A stretch of DNA of 63,179 nucleotides, counting the filler, from a bacterium (GTDB lineage: Bacteria; JBDRGX01), in NCBI GenBank assembly GCA_043817485.1. It is 10 parts of 10 records of this genome, joined end to end, with 100 filler letters (N's around TTAATTAATTAA, not from the genome) between each part and the next. Parts side by side here need not be neighbours in the genome. Positions count along the whole stretch, not along the records: positions 29,240 to 49,159 come from JBDRGX010000075.1; 9 more parts are not named here. One strand, written 5' to 3'. Below are positions 31,347-41,663 of this stretch, one piece after another (within the stretch, counting starts at the first letter, position 1; the number at the start of each line of letters is the position of its first letter). A model generated the notes under the pieces. It made no database searches and was not told the origin of the DNA. It saw nothing but the letters and a program-made list of their open reading frames with translations. The position numbers were made by a program, and so were the translations under genes.

Positions 31347-32447
31347 TTATATAAGTTTTTTACACATAATAATTTTTTTCATTAAATGAGATTTTAAAAT
31401 TCTGATTGTCATTTCCAAAAATATTTTAGAAAAAGAACATAGATCAAACATTTTTAGATAGAAAGAACTATTTTTAAATTCCGTTCCACATTCTTTTTTG
31501 CATCTTTTTTCATATTCTTTCAAAGAAAGAGAGTGAGTAATATGTAAAGAGGCAATTTCTCCAGCTGCTCTGCCACATATCATTGCTGTTGGAATACCTC
31601 CACCATTAGAACTCATTACTTGTGAAGCAGCATCTCCAACTAAAAGAAGATTATTTTTCACGATATTTTTCAATGGGCCATTGAAAGGAACTATTCCCGT
31701 GATACAAGAATTTATTTTGGCATTTTTAAATTTATGAGAAAACTCGGGATTTTTTATAATTTTTTGAAGTAATTTTAAACACGATTGAGAAGTAAATTTT
31801 TTTCTAATACCTAAACCTACATTAGCTTTTTTTTCCCCTTTTGGAATAATCCAGAAATAACCACCTGGGGCTATGTTTCCAAAATACATTTCTATTACAT
31901 TTTCTTCTACTTCAACATTTTCCATTTGATATTGAGCACAAAAAGATAATTTTATATTTTTCCAATTAAAATTTTTTTTAGAAATTTGCGAATTTGGACC
32001 ATTTGCACAAATTATTACTTTTGCTTGTAAAATTCCTTTAGAAGTTATTAATGTGTTATTTTTTACTTCTATTACTTTTGTATCTAATTTTAATTCTACC
32101 CCTTTTTTACAAGCTTCTTGTGCAAGAAAATTATCAAAAATGTTTCTTTTTAAAACTATCCCTTTAAAATCAAATTCTATTATTTTTTTTTGAGGAGAAA
32201 ATATTCTCATAAACTGAGTATGATTAGAAATAAATTCTTCAGGAATTTTAAATAAATTTTCAAGATTGGAGATATTTGGAAACATTTTTTTTAATTCTTG
32301 TATATCGGGAATAAATTCACCACACTGAACAGGAACTCCAATATTTACTTTTTTATCTAATAAAACTACTTTCAGATTTTTAGAAGATGCATATCTTGCT
32401 GCTGTTGCTCCAGCTGGTCCTGCGCCAATTATAGCAATATCATACAT
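31347..32447 (-). CDS. Geranylgeranyl reductase family FAD oxidoreductase
   Basis: GAGPAG, PVQCGE, PGGYFWIIP, GDAA...GGGIPTA. Confidence 0.88.
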   Translation of the reverse strand: MYDIAIIGAGPAGATAARYASSKNLKVVLLDKKVNIGVPVQCGEFIPDIQELKKMFPNISNLENLFKIPEEFISNHTQFMRIFSPQKKIIEFDFKGIVLKRNIFDNFLAQEACKKGVELKLDTKVIEVKNNTLITSKGILQAKVIICANGPNSQISKKNFNWKNIKLSFCAQYQMENVEVEENVIEMYFGNIAPGGYFWIIPKGEKKANVGLGIRKKFTSQSCLKLLQKIIKNPEFSHKFKNAKINSCITGIVPFNGPLKNIVKNNLLLVGDAASQVMSSNGGGIPTAMICGRAAGEIASLHITHSLSLKEYEKRCKKECGTEFKNSSFYLKMFDLCSFSKIFLEMTIRILKSHLMKKIIMCKKLI

Positions 32448-32450
32448 TTA

Positions 32451-32651
32451 TTAGCCTTTTTTTTGTTCCTTTGTTTTTTCTTTTGATTCTTCTTTTGATT
32501 CTTCAGTGTCTATTTCTTTACCTGCTTTTTTAAATTCTCTAATTCCTTTACCTAAAGATTTAGCTATTTCTGGAATTCTTCCTGCTCCAAAAATAAGTAA
32601 AATAATAACTAAAATTACTATTAATTCTGGCATACCTATTCCGCCTAACAT
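32451..32651 (-). CDS. tatA: Twin-arginine translocase TatA
   Basis: [26 protein letters not shown]. Confidence 0.95.
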   Translation of the reverse strand: MLGGIGMPELIVILVIILLIFGAGRIPEIAKSLGKGIREFKKAGKEIDTEESKEESKEKTKEQKKG

Positions 32652-32828
32652 TATTTATACTCCTTTTTTTTAAAAAACTATAATTATATTTCTGAATTAT
32701 TAAAAAAATTATAGTAGCATTATTGTTTTGTCAAGAAAAATATATTATAACTTGGTTGATAACCACACTCACATGTAACCACCCTTTATAAAAATATCAA
32801 GAAAATTATCCAAAATAATTGGAGATTT

Positions 32829-32979
32829 GTAAGGGGCAATTCATGGAAACTGTGTCGCAATAGGCATTTGACACAAAAAGCATACAACATATTGTACTAA
32901 TTTCATTAGTATGTGCTACATATAGTATGGCGTTACCATTAATTATTAATTATGACACAGTCTGATGAATTGCCCCTAC
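32829..32979 (+). mobile_element. Composite element: ~118-bp TIR MITE (32846-32963) inserted in the centre of a GTAG-type REP palindrome
   Basis: GTAAGGGGCAATTCATG|GAAACTGTGTCGCAAT...ATTATGACACAGTCT|GATGAATTGCCCCTAC; homolog at 55450-55574. Confidence 0.75.
32882..32928. promoter_or_regulatory. Tandem NrdR-box-like sites, 31 bp apart
   Basis: ataCaAcATaTtGtac (32882) and gtgCtAcATaTaGtat (32913) versus consensus acaCwAtATaTwGtgt. Confidence 0.55.
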
Positions 32980-33128
32980 AACTTTTACAACATTTTATAA
33001 TATTTTCTTGACAAATTTATAAAATATAGCAAAAAAAATATATAATTTTTAAAATAATTTAACGAATATTGAATTATAAATAAACTTTTGCATTTAGCAA
33101 GAGTCTATTTATTTAAAAGGAGATTTAT

Positions 33129-34229
33129 ATGGCAATAATTAATTTTGGAGGAATTAAAGAAGAAGTTATTACAAGAAAAGAATTTTCTATAGCAAAAGCA
33201 CAGCGTACACTTAAAAATGAAATAATTGCAATTATAGGTTATGGTGTTCAGGGTCCTGCTCAAGCTTTAAATTTGAAAGACAATGGTTGTAATGTAATTA
33301 TAGGACAATCAAAAGATTTTAAAAAAGATTGGGATAGAGCAATAAATGATGGATGGAAACCAGGAAAAGATCTTTTTGAGATAGAAGAAGCTATACAAAA
33401 AGGAACTATTATTCAAATATTAGTTTCTGATGCTGCTCAAAAAACAATTTGGCCAATAGTGAAAAAAAATCTTAAAAAAGGACATACTTTATATTTTTCT
33501 CATGGATTTTCAATTGTATATAAAGATCAAACAAAAATAATTCCTCCTAAAGATATAGATGTTATTTTAGTGGCACCTAAAGGATCTGGTACTTCTGTTC
33601 GTCGAAATTTTTTATCTGGTGCTGGAATTAATTCAAGTTTTGCTATTCATCAAGATGCTACAGGAAAAGCAAGAGAAAAATGTATTGCTTTAGGAATTGC
33701 TATTGGGTCTGGGTATCTCTTTCCTACTACTTTTGAAAAAGAAGTTTATAGTGATTTAACTGGAGAAAGAGGAGTTTTGATGGGTGCTCTTGCTGGTGTT
33801 ATGGAAGCTCAATATGATACCCTAAGAAAAAAAGGGCATAGCCCAAGTGAAGCTTTTAATGAAACAGTAGAAGAATTAACAGAAAGTTTAATTAAACTTG
33901 TAAGTGAAAATGGAATGGATTGGATGTTTTCTAATTGTTCAGCTACTGCTCAAAGAGGAGCACTTGATTGGAAACCAATTTTCAAAAAAGCTGTTTTACC
34001 AGTATTTGAAACACTTTATGAAAAAGTTAAATCTGGATTAGAAACAAAACGAGTAATTTCATCTTGTAGTAAGCCGAATTATCAAGAACAATTATCTAAA
34101 GAATTAGGATTAATCGGAAATTCAGAAATGTGGCAAACTGGAAAAACTCTTCGTGAATTAAGACCTAAAGAATTAGAAAAAAAAATTTCTAAAACTACAA
34201 AAGGAATTGCAGGAAGAAAAACAAACTAA
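33129..34229 (+). CDS. ilvC: Ketol-acid reductoisomerase
   Basis: GYGVQG, FSHGF, VAPKG, SDLTGERGVL. Confidence 0.96.
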   Translation: MAIINFGGIKEEVITRKEFSIAKAQRTLKNEIIAIIGYGVQGPAQALNLKDNGCNVIIGQSKDFKKDWDRAINDGWKPGKDLFEIEEAIQKGTIIQILVSDAAQKTIWPIVKKNLKKGHTLYFSHGFSIVYKDQTKIIPPKDIDVILVAPKGSGTSVRRNFLSGAGINSSFAIHQDATGKAREKCIALGIAIGSGYLFPTTFEKEVYSDLTGERGVLMGALAGVMEAQYDTLRKKGHSPSEAFNETVEELTESLIKLVSENGMDWMFSNCSATAQRGALDWKPIFKKAVLPVFETLYEKVKSGLETKRVISSCSKPNYQEQLSKELGLIGNSEMWQTGKTLRELRPKELEKKISKTTKGIAGRKTN

Positions 34230-34981
34230 AGAATATTAAATATTTTTTTAGCATTTAAAGTTGTAATTTCTTCTACTTCCTGAAATGACATTTTTTTAAT
34301 TGTAGCAATAGTTTCTATTATATATTTTAAATAAGTTGGATCATTTCTTTTTCCTCTAAAAGGATGTGGTGTTAAATAAGGACAATCAGTTTCTACAAGT
34401 AAATAATTCATATTAAGGTTTTTAATAATTTCCTTTGCAGAAAAATTTTTGTAAGTAATGTATCCAGCAAAAGAAACATACATTTTTTTTTCTAAACAAT
34501 ATTCATATATTTGTTTATCTCCAGAAAAACAATGAATAACAGCATTATAATAATTTTCTTCATCTAATATCTCTATTATATCTTGGTAAGCGTCTCGACT
34601 ATGGATAATTACAGGTAAATTTAATTTTTTTGCAATTTTTAATTGTTCTTGAAAAACTTTTTTTTGTAAAGGTTTTGGAGAATATAATTTAGTATAATCT
34701 AATCCTATTTCTCCAATAGCAACAACTTTATTTTTTTGTGCTAATTCTTGTAAAGATTGATATGTTACTATATCTACATCTTTTGCATTATGTGGATGAA
34801 TACCACAAGATGCAAAAACATTATTATTTTCATTTGTAAAATCAATTGCTTTTTTACTTGAATTTAGATCGCAACCAACACTAATAAAATATTTTATTCC
34901 TTGAGCAAAAATTTTTTCTATGACTTGTTTTCTGTCTAAATCATAAGATTGATCATCTAAATGTGTATGTGTATCAAACAT
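34226..34981 (-). CDS. tatD: TatD family hydrolase
   Basis: DTHTH, GIHPH, GEIGLD, HSRDA, HCFSG, ETDCPY; ATG 34981 preferred. Confidence 0.95.
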   Translation of the reverse strand: MFDTHTHLDDQSYDLDRKQVIEKIFAQGIKYFISVGCDLNSSKKAIDFTNENNNVFASCGIHPHNAKDVDIVTYQSLQELAQKNKVVAIGEIGLDYTKLYSPKPLQKKVFQEQLKIAKKLNLPVIIHSRDAYQDIIEILDEENYYNAVIHCFSGDKQIYEYCLEKKMYVSFAGYITYKNFSAKEIIKNLNMNYLLVETDCPYLTPHPFRGKRNDPTYLKYIIETIATIKKMSFQEVEEITTLNAKKIFNIL

Positions 34982-35065
34982 AAAAATACCTCTTTTTTGT
35001 TTAAAAATTGTATAAAAAAATTTTAAAATAAATATCAATATAACAAAAAAATGTAAATATTAAAA

Positions 35066-36115
35066 ATGAAAATAAATAATTTAATAAATCAACATATTAA
35101 AAAATTAATTCCTTATAAAGTAATTAATAATCCTTATAAAATAAAATTAGATGCTCAAGAAAATCCTTATGATATTTTGTTAAAACTAAAAAATAAAATT
35201 TTACAAGAAACAAAAAAAATTTTATTTAATAGATATCCAGATTCTTCATCTTATGAATTAAAAAAATCTATAGCAAAACATTATAAAGTAAAAACTGATC
35301 AAATTTTTTTAGGCAATGGCTCTGATGAAATAATTATGAATATTTTGCTTGCTTTTGGGAATTCTAAAACTTTTGTTTTATCTCCAGAACCAAGTTTTTC
35401 TGTGTACAAAATTTTAAGCAATACTTTAAACATTCCTTACAAGGGCATTCCTTTAGATGAAAAATTTGATTTAGATCCAAAATTATTTCTTTCTTTTAAA
35501 GGTATTTTATTTTTGGCTTATCCAAATAATCCTACTGGCAATTGTTATTCTGAAGAAAAAATTATTTATTTATTAAAACATTTTTCTGGAATAATTATTA
35601 TTGATGAAGCTTATGCTGAATTTTCAAACAAAACATTTTTAAATTATATTGATAAATATTCTAATTTAATTATATTAAAAACATTTTCTAAAATGTTTTC
35701 TTTGGCTGGGTTAAGAATTGGTTATTTAATATCTAATAAAAAAATAGTTGAAACTTTAGATAAAGTACGGCTTCCTTATAACTTAAATTCTTTTTCTCAA
35801 TTAGCAGCAAAAATTTTAATAGATAATTATAAATCGCTTGACAAAGTAAAAAAAACAATATTAAAAGAAAAAGAAATTTTATTTAAAAAATTGCAAGAAA
35901 TTAAAGGAATAAAAGCGTATCCAAGTGAAGCAAATTTTATTTTGTTTAAAACAAATAAAAATAATACTTATGTTTGGAAAGAATTATTAAAAAAAGAGAT
36001 ACTTATACGAAAAATAGACTCTTACCTTAGAGTAACAATAGGTTGTCCAGAAGAAAATAAAAAATTTATTTACTCACTTAGAGAAATTCAAAATGAAAAC
36101 AAAAAGAATAAGTAA
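35066..36115 (+). CDS. hisC: Histidinol-phosphate aminotransferase
   Basis: ENP, RYPD, GNGSDE, PNNPTG, DEAY, TFSK...LAGLRIG. Confidence 0.95.
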   Translation: MKINNLINQHIKKLIPYKVINNPYKIKLDAQENPYDILLKLKNKILQETKKILFNRYPDSSSYELKKSIAKHYKVKTDQIFLGNGSDEIIMNILLAFGNSKTFVLSPEPSFSVYKILSNTLNIPYKGIPLDEKFDLDPKLFLSFKGILFLAYPNNPTGNCYSEEKIIYLLKHFSGIIIIDEAYAEFSNKTFLNYIDKYSNLIILKTFSKMFSLAGLRIGYLISNKKIVETLDKVRLPYNLNSFSQLAAKILIDNYKSLDKVKKTILKEKEILFKKLQEIKGIKAYPSEANFILFKTNKNNTYVWKELLKKEILIRKIDSYLRVTIGCPEENKKFIYSLREIQNENKKNK

Positions 36116-36719
36116 AATAATTAGAAAAACAAAAGAAGTTGATATTCAATTAGAATTAAATTTAGATGGAAAAGGAATTTTTTCTATTGATACTGGTATT
36201 CCTTTTTTTGATCATATGTTAAATTTATTTAGTCAACATTCTTTTTTTGATTTAAAAATTAAAGCAAAGGGTGATTTAGAAATAGATGCACATCACACAG
36301 TAGAAGATATTGGCATTTGTCTTGGAAATGCCATAAAAAAGGCATTAGGTGATAAAATTGGAATTATGCGTTATGCAGATATTGTTCTTCCTATGGATGA
36401 ATCCTTAGTATCTTTAGCAATAGATATTAGTAATAGACCTTTTTTAGTTTTTAATTTTAAACCTTTAACTTCTTCATTAAAAAAATTACCTAAAGAAATT
36501 TTTTCTAATTTAGGAATTTTTGATCCTTGTTTAGTAAAAGAATTTTTGCAAAGTTTTAGTTCTAATGCAGGCATTACTCTTCATATAAATGTTGTATCTG
36601 GAGAAAATGTTCACCACATTATAGAAGCCATATTTAAAGGATTAGGTAGAGTACTTTTTAATGCAACAAGAATTAATTCTGAAATTAAAAATGTTGTTTC
36701 AACAAAAGGTATGCTTTAA
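36093..36719 (+). CDS. hisB: Imidazoleglycerol-phosphate dehydratase
   Basis: FFDHML, DAHHTVED, PMDE, HHIIEAIFK, STKG. Confidence 0.97.
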   Translation: MKTKRISKIIRKTKEVDIQLELNLDGKGIFSIDTGIPFFDHMLNLFSQHSFFDLKIKAKGDLEIDAHHTVEDIGICLGNAIKKALGDKIGIMRYADIVLPMDESLVSLAIDISNRPFLVFNFKPLTSSLKKLPKEIFSNLGIFDPCLVKEFLQSFSSNAGITLHINVVSGENVHHIIEAIFKGLGRVLFNATRINSEIKNVVSTKGML

Positions 36720-37450
36720 TCTTCTTGTCGACCTTCAATAAATCTTCTTAAAATAGGATTATTTGATTTTATAAAATCTTGCGGTGTATTCACACAAAGA
36801 ATTTTTCCTTGATGAAGCATAGCAATTTTAGTTCCTATTTTTAAAGCACTTGATATATCATGAGTTACGATAATAGAAGTAATTTTTAGAGTAATATGCA
36901 GTTTTTTTATTAAATCATTTATTACATTTGCTTTAATAGGGTCTAACCCAGAGGTTGGTTCATCATATAAAATTATTTCTGGATTAGCAATAATTGCTCT
37001 TGCTAATCCAATTCTTTTTCTCATTCCACCACTTAATTCTGATGGCATTTTATTTTCTGTTCCTTTTAATCCAACCATTTCTAATTTTTCAGCAACTTTT
37101 TTTTTAATTTCTTGATGAGATAAATTAGAATGTTCATATAAAAAAAATCCTACATTTTTTTCTACTGTAAAAGAATCAAATAAAGCTGATCCTTGAAATA
37201 CCATTGAAATTTTTTTTCTGATTTCATTTAATTTTTTTTCTGATAAATTTGCTATATTTTCTTCATTTATTAATATTGTTCCTTGGTCTGGTTTTAAAAT
37301 TCTAATTATATGTTTTAATAAAACACTTTTTCCACAACCAGATTCTCCTACTATTACTAATGCTTCTCCTTTTTCAATATCTAAAGATAAGTTTTTCAAT
37401 ACTTCCATATTCTCAAAAGATTTATAAATATTTTTTATTTGAATAAACAA
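36716..37450 (-). CDS. mlaF: MlaF-type ABC ATPase
   Basis: GESGCGKS, FQGSALFDS, LSGGMRKR, YDEPTSGLDP. Confidence 0.9.
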   Translation of the reverse strand: MFIQIKNIYKSFENMEVLKNLSLDIEKGEALVIVGESGCGKSVLLKHIIRILKPDQGTILINEENIANLSEKKLNEIRKKISMVFQGSALFDSFTVEKNVGFFLYEHSNLSHQEIKKKVAEKLEMVGLKGTENKMPSELSGGMRKRIGLARAIIANPEIILYDEPTSGLDPIKANVINDLIKKLHITLKITSIIVTHDISSALKIGTKIAMLHQGKILCVNTPQDFIKSNNPILRRFIEGRQED

Positions 37451-37463
37451 AATATATCCTTTT

Positions 37464-38231
37464 TTATAAATAAAAAAATATATAACTAATTAAATAATTA
37501 GTTATTACAATTAAAATTCCAGAATTAACTACTGCTAATGTTGTGGCTCTACCAACTCCTTCTGCTCCACCTTTAGCATTAAAACCACAATAACATCCAA
37601 TTGTAGCAATAATTATACCAAAAATAAAGGATTTGAATATTCCCACAAAAATATCTTTTAAAGTAATAAGAGAAAAAATTGAACTCATATAGGTTGATGA
37701 ATCTACATCTAATTGATAAACTGCTGTACAATAACCACCTATTATTCCAATAACATTAGAAAGAATTACTAAAATGGGAAACATTATCATACAAGCCCAA
37801 AGTTTTGGAACTATGAGATATTCGAAAGGATTAATTGCCATAGATTCAAGAGCATCAATTTGTTCTGTTGCTCTCATTATTCCTAATTCTGCAGCAATAG
37901 CAGAACTTACACGACCAGCAACTACAATAGAAATTAAAGTAGGTCCAATTTCTCTTAATAAAGAAATTGTTACTATATGGCCTACACGAGATAATCCGCC
38001 TAATTTACTCATTTGAGTTACTGCTTGAATTGCTAAAACCATACCAGCAAAACCTGCAACAGTAAATGCTATAGACAAAGATTTTATTCCTAAATAAATC
38101 ATTTGAGAAATGATAATTTTTTTTCTGAAAGGAGGAGTAAAAAAAGCTTTTAAAATATAAAAAAAGAAAATACTTAAATTTCCTATTTTTTTGAAAAAAG
38201 AAATAGTTATTTTCCCTAATAAGTTAAACAA
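37464..38231 (-). CDS. mlaE: MlaE family ABC permease
   Basis: REIGP, AGRVSSAIAAELG, EQIDAL, GGAEGVGRATT; TTG 38231 preferred. Confidence 0.92.
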   Translation of the reverse strand: MFNLLGKITISFFKKIGNLSIFFFYILKAFFTPPFRKKIIISQMIYLGIKSLSIAFTVAGFAGMVLAIQAVTQMSKLGGLSRVGHIVTISLLREIGPTLISIVVAGRVSSAIAAELGIMRATEQIDALESMAINPFEYLIVPKLWACMIMFPILVILSNVIGIIGGYCTAVYQLDVDSSTYMSSIFSLITLKDIFVGIFKSFIFGIIIATIGCYCGFNAKGGAEGVGRATTLAVVNSGILIVITNYLISYIFFYL

Positions 38232-38293
38232 AAAAACACCTTTGCCTCGAAGCGGCGTCAATTGGATTGATTTGTTGAAAAATTCTATTATTT

Positions 38294-38467
38294 TAAGTTG
38301 CAATTAGAAATAAAATGTTGCAAATTACCAAATTCGCTTTGTTTTGAATTTCAATATTTATTTTAAATTGAAAATTGAAAATTTATTTTGAATTTTGGTC
38401 ATTCGGATTTGTTTCGTATTTCGATTTTTTTTTATGTTACTATTTCTTTTATTGTAATTTAGCATTA
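38294..38467 (+). repeat. Degenerate MITE-like element related to 12175-12385
   Basis: TAAGTTGCAATTAGAAATAAAATGTTGCAA left end, TTCG-rich interior, ...TTATTGTAATTTAGCATTA right end. Confidence 0.5.
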
Positions 38468-39797
38468 ATGTATAAAGGATTTATTCTCAAATCGAGTGTA
38501 TTTATCAATAAAAACTAATTCAACAGTTCCTGTTGGTCCATTTCTTTGTTTAGCAATAATTATTTCAACTTTTCCTTTATCTTCGTCTTTTTTAGTATAA
38601 AGTTCTGGTCTATAAAGAAAAAGAACTAAATCTGCATCTTGTTCTAATGCTCCAGATTCTCTTAAATCTGCTAATTTAGGTCTACCTTTATCCTCTATTC
38701 TTGTTTCTACGCTACGATTTAATTGTGAACAAGCAATTATTGGAATATTTAATTCTTTGGCTAAAGATTTTAAAGACCGTGAAATTTCTGAAATTTCTTG
38801 TTGTCTATTTTCAAATTGACGGCGAGAACTATGAATTAATTGAATATAATCAATTACAAGAACACTTATTTTTGTTTCTGCTTGTAATCTTCTTGCTTTT
38901 GCTTTTATTTCTAAAGGAGAAAGCCCAGAACTATCATCAATATAAATTGGAGCTTCTGAAAGCTTACCTGCTGCATAAGAAAGATTAGACCATTTTTCAT
39001 GAGGAAGTTTTCCACTTCTTACAAGATTAGAATCAACCCTTGCTTCATTACAAAGCATTCTTCTTACTAATTGCTCTTTTGACATTTCTAAACTAAATAA
39101 TCCTACAGGCATTTTTAATTGGGAAGCAATATGTTGAGATATTTCTAAACAAAATGCTGTTTTACCCATTCCCGGTCTTCCAGCAACAATAATAAAATCA
39201 CCTTTTTGAAAGCCAGAAGTAAAATTGTCTAAATCTGTAAAACCAGAAGGAATACCACTTATTTTTTTACCATGTAAATTTTCAATTTCTTCAAAACTTT
39301 GTTCTATTATATTTTTAATAGGAATAAAGTCTTGGGTTATTCTATCTTGAGCAATTTTAAAAATTTCATGTTCTGCTTTATCTAATAAATTATCAATACT
39401 TTCTTCTTCTTCAAAACAAATTTCAGCAATTTGAATAGATTTATTAATTAAATTTCTTAAAATTGCTTTATTTTTTACTATTTTTGCATAATGCTCAGCA
39501 TTAGAAATAGAAGGAACATTGTCTGTTAATGTTGTTAAATAAACAGCACCACCGATTTCATCCATTAATTTTTTTTTTTTGTAATTCTTCTGTTAAAGTA
39601 ATTAAATCTACAGGTTCATTTTTTTCAAAAAGTTCTAAAATAATATCAAAAATTTTTTGATGTGATTCTTTATAAAAATTATTTTTATTTTTAATTATTT
39701 TTAAAACTGTTCCAATTACTTCTTTTTGAAGAAGCATTGCACCTAAAACAGATTGCTCTGCTTCTATATTTTGTGGAGGGATTTTATTGAAAGTCAT
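38465..39797 (-). CDS. dnaB: Replicative DNA helicase DnaB, split by a +1 frameshift in an A12 run (39569-39580)
   Basis: N-part PPQNIEAEQSVLG; C-part AGRPGMGKT, FSLEM, IDYIQL, LRESGALEQDAD; removing one A joins the frames. Confidence 0.95.
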
Positions 39798-39801
39798 TTT
39801 A

Positions 39802-40245
39802 TTATTCTTTAGTTACCCATACTTTTATTTGAGTTGTTATATTTTGATATAATTTAACAGAAATAGTATAAACTCCTAATTGCTTAATTGGTTCTTCTAA
39901 CATAATTTGTTTTTTATCTATTACATAATGTTCTTTTTTTAGTGCTTCTACAATATCTTGTGTTGTAACAGATCCAAATAATTTATCATTTTCACCTGAT
40001 TGTTTAGAAATGGTTAAAGAAATTTTATTAAGTTTTTCTGCCATAATTTTAGCTTCTTTTTCACATTTAGTGATTTGCAAAAGATGCATTTTTTTTTCAT
40101 GTTCATATATTTTTATATTTTCTAAATTAGCTTTTATAGCAAAATTTTTAGGAATAAGATAATTTTTAGCATAACCATTTTTTACTTTTACTTTACTTCC
40201 TTGTTTCCCTAATTTTTCAACATTTTGTTTTAATATAATTTCCAT
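39802..40245 (-). CDS. rplI: 50S ribosomal protein L9
   Basis: LGKQG..VKVKNGYAKNYLIP, KLFGSV. Confidence 0.97.
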   Translation of the reverse strand: MEIILKQNVEKLGKQGSKVKVKNGYAKNYLIPKNFAIKANLENIKIYEHEKKMHLLQITKCEKEAKIMAEKLNKISLTISKQSGENDKLFGSVTTQDIVEALKKEHYVIDKKQIMLEEPIKQLGVYTISVKLYQNITTQIKVWVTKE

Positions 40246-40355
40246 AAAATAAAACCTCCAATTGAAAAATCAAAATTAAAAAATAATATTTTTACAAATT
40301 TACTTTTATCATTTTTTATTTTCAAATTATTTAAACAAACTTTTTTATTTAATTT

Positions 40356-40574
40356 TTACTTATTAGACATATAAGATAAAAGGGCTAAATATCGTGCTCT
40401 TTTAATAGCAGTAGTTAATTGTCTTTGATGTCTTGCACAATTACCAGTATTTTTTCGAGAAAAAATTAATCCTCTTTCATTTAAATAGCCTTTTAATCTT
40501 TCTACTTCTTTATAATCAATTTCTTCTAATTTATTAATACAAAAACGACATTTTTTTTTCTTTTTGAAAATCAT
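40356..40574 (-). CDS. rpsR: 30S ribosomal protein S18 (Zn-binding form)
   Basis: [23 protein letters not shown]. Confidence 0.97.
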   Translation of the reverse strand: MIFKKKKKCRFCINKLEEIDYKEVERLKGYLNERGLIFSRKNTGNCARHQRQLTTAIKRARYLALLSYMSNK

Positions 40575-40600
40575 TTATGCTCCTTATTAAAAATAAGTTA

Positions 40601-41023
40601 TTAAAAAGGTAAATCTTTTTCTTTTTCTTCTTCTGTTTTTTCTATTTTTTCTGTTTCAGTTATTTCAGAAGATCCTTCTGAATTTTCTTTAAAACCTCTA
40701 TCTAAAAATTGAATTTTATCAGCAATTACTTCTAAAATACTTTTTTTTTCTCCAGATTCTGTTTCCCATGATCTATTTTGAAGTCGACCTTCCACAAAAA
40801 TACTTTTTCCTTTATTCAAATATTCTCCACAAAGTTCAGCTAATCTTTTCCATGCAATTATAGTTAAATAACAAGTTTCTTGTTTTTTTTCTCCAAGTTG
40901 ATCTGTATAATATCTATTAACTGCTAATCTCATATTAGCAATGGCTAAACCATTTTGAAGATAACGAACTTCTGGATCTTTAGTTAAATTACCAATTAAA
41001 AGCACTTTATTTAAGTTTGCCAT
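40601..41023 (-). CDS. ssb: Single-stranded DNA-binding protein
   Basis: NKVLLIGNLTKDPE, VEGRL, C-terminal DLPF. Confidence 0.97.
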   Translation of the reverse strand: MANLNKVLLIGNLTKDPEVRYLQNGLAIANMRLAVNRYYTDQLGEKKQETCYLTIIAWKRLAELCGEYLNKGKSIFVEGRLQNRSWETESGEKKSILEVIADKIQFLDRGFKENSEGSSEITETEKIEKTEEEKEKDLPF

Positions 41024-41040
41024 ATTTTTACCTCATTTTT

Positions 41041-41349
41041 TTATTTAGACACTAATTCTATTTCTTTTTTTAATTTTAAAATTATTTGTCTTAAGATACA
41101 TTCAGTTACTTTACAAAATTTTTCTAATTCATTTAAAATAACTTTATTAGCTTTTAGATGTAATAAAACATAATAGCCATCACTTTCAGATTGTATTTCA
41201 TAATCTAATTTTTTTTTACCCCATTTATCAGTTTTTACAATTTCTCCTTGATGTTCTTTTATAATATTTTCTATTTCTGTAAGAATTCCATCAACTTTTT
41301 CTTCTTCTAATTTTCCACTAATAACTACTACAAATTCATATAATTGCAA
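41041..41349 (-). CDS. rpsF: 30S ribosomal protein S6
   Basis: YE, WGKKKLDYEI, GYY; rpsF-ssb-rpsR synteny. Confidence 0.95.
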   Translation of the reverse strand: MQLYEFVVVISGKLEEEKVDGILTEIENIIKEHQGEIVKTDKWGKKKLDYEIQSESDGYYVLLHLKANKVILNELEKFCKVTECILRQIILKLKKEIELVSK

Positions 41350-41663
41350 AATTGCCTCCTTTCCATAAATAATTTTTATTATTATGCAAAATAATAAAAA
41401 ATTTACATCTGCATTATATAAGTATTTGCTTGTAATTTTTTACTTAAGCAAAAATACTTAAATTATTTTTATAAAACAGTTAGATTTTTTATCAAAAAAT
41501 TTTTATTAAAAAAATTAATATATCATTTTTCTTTTACAAGTCAAGAAAAATTTATAAAACTTATGCATTTTATAGTATTGTTTGTAAATTTTATTGACAA
41601 TTACAAAATTTATAGTAAATAAACTTTTTGTAAAAATTAATTAAAAGGAAAAAAAGAAGGAAA

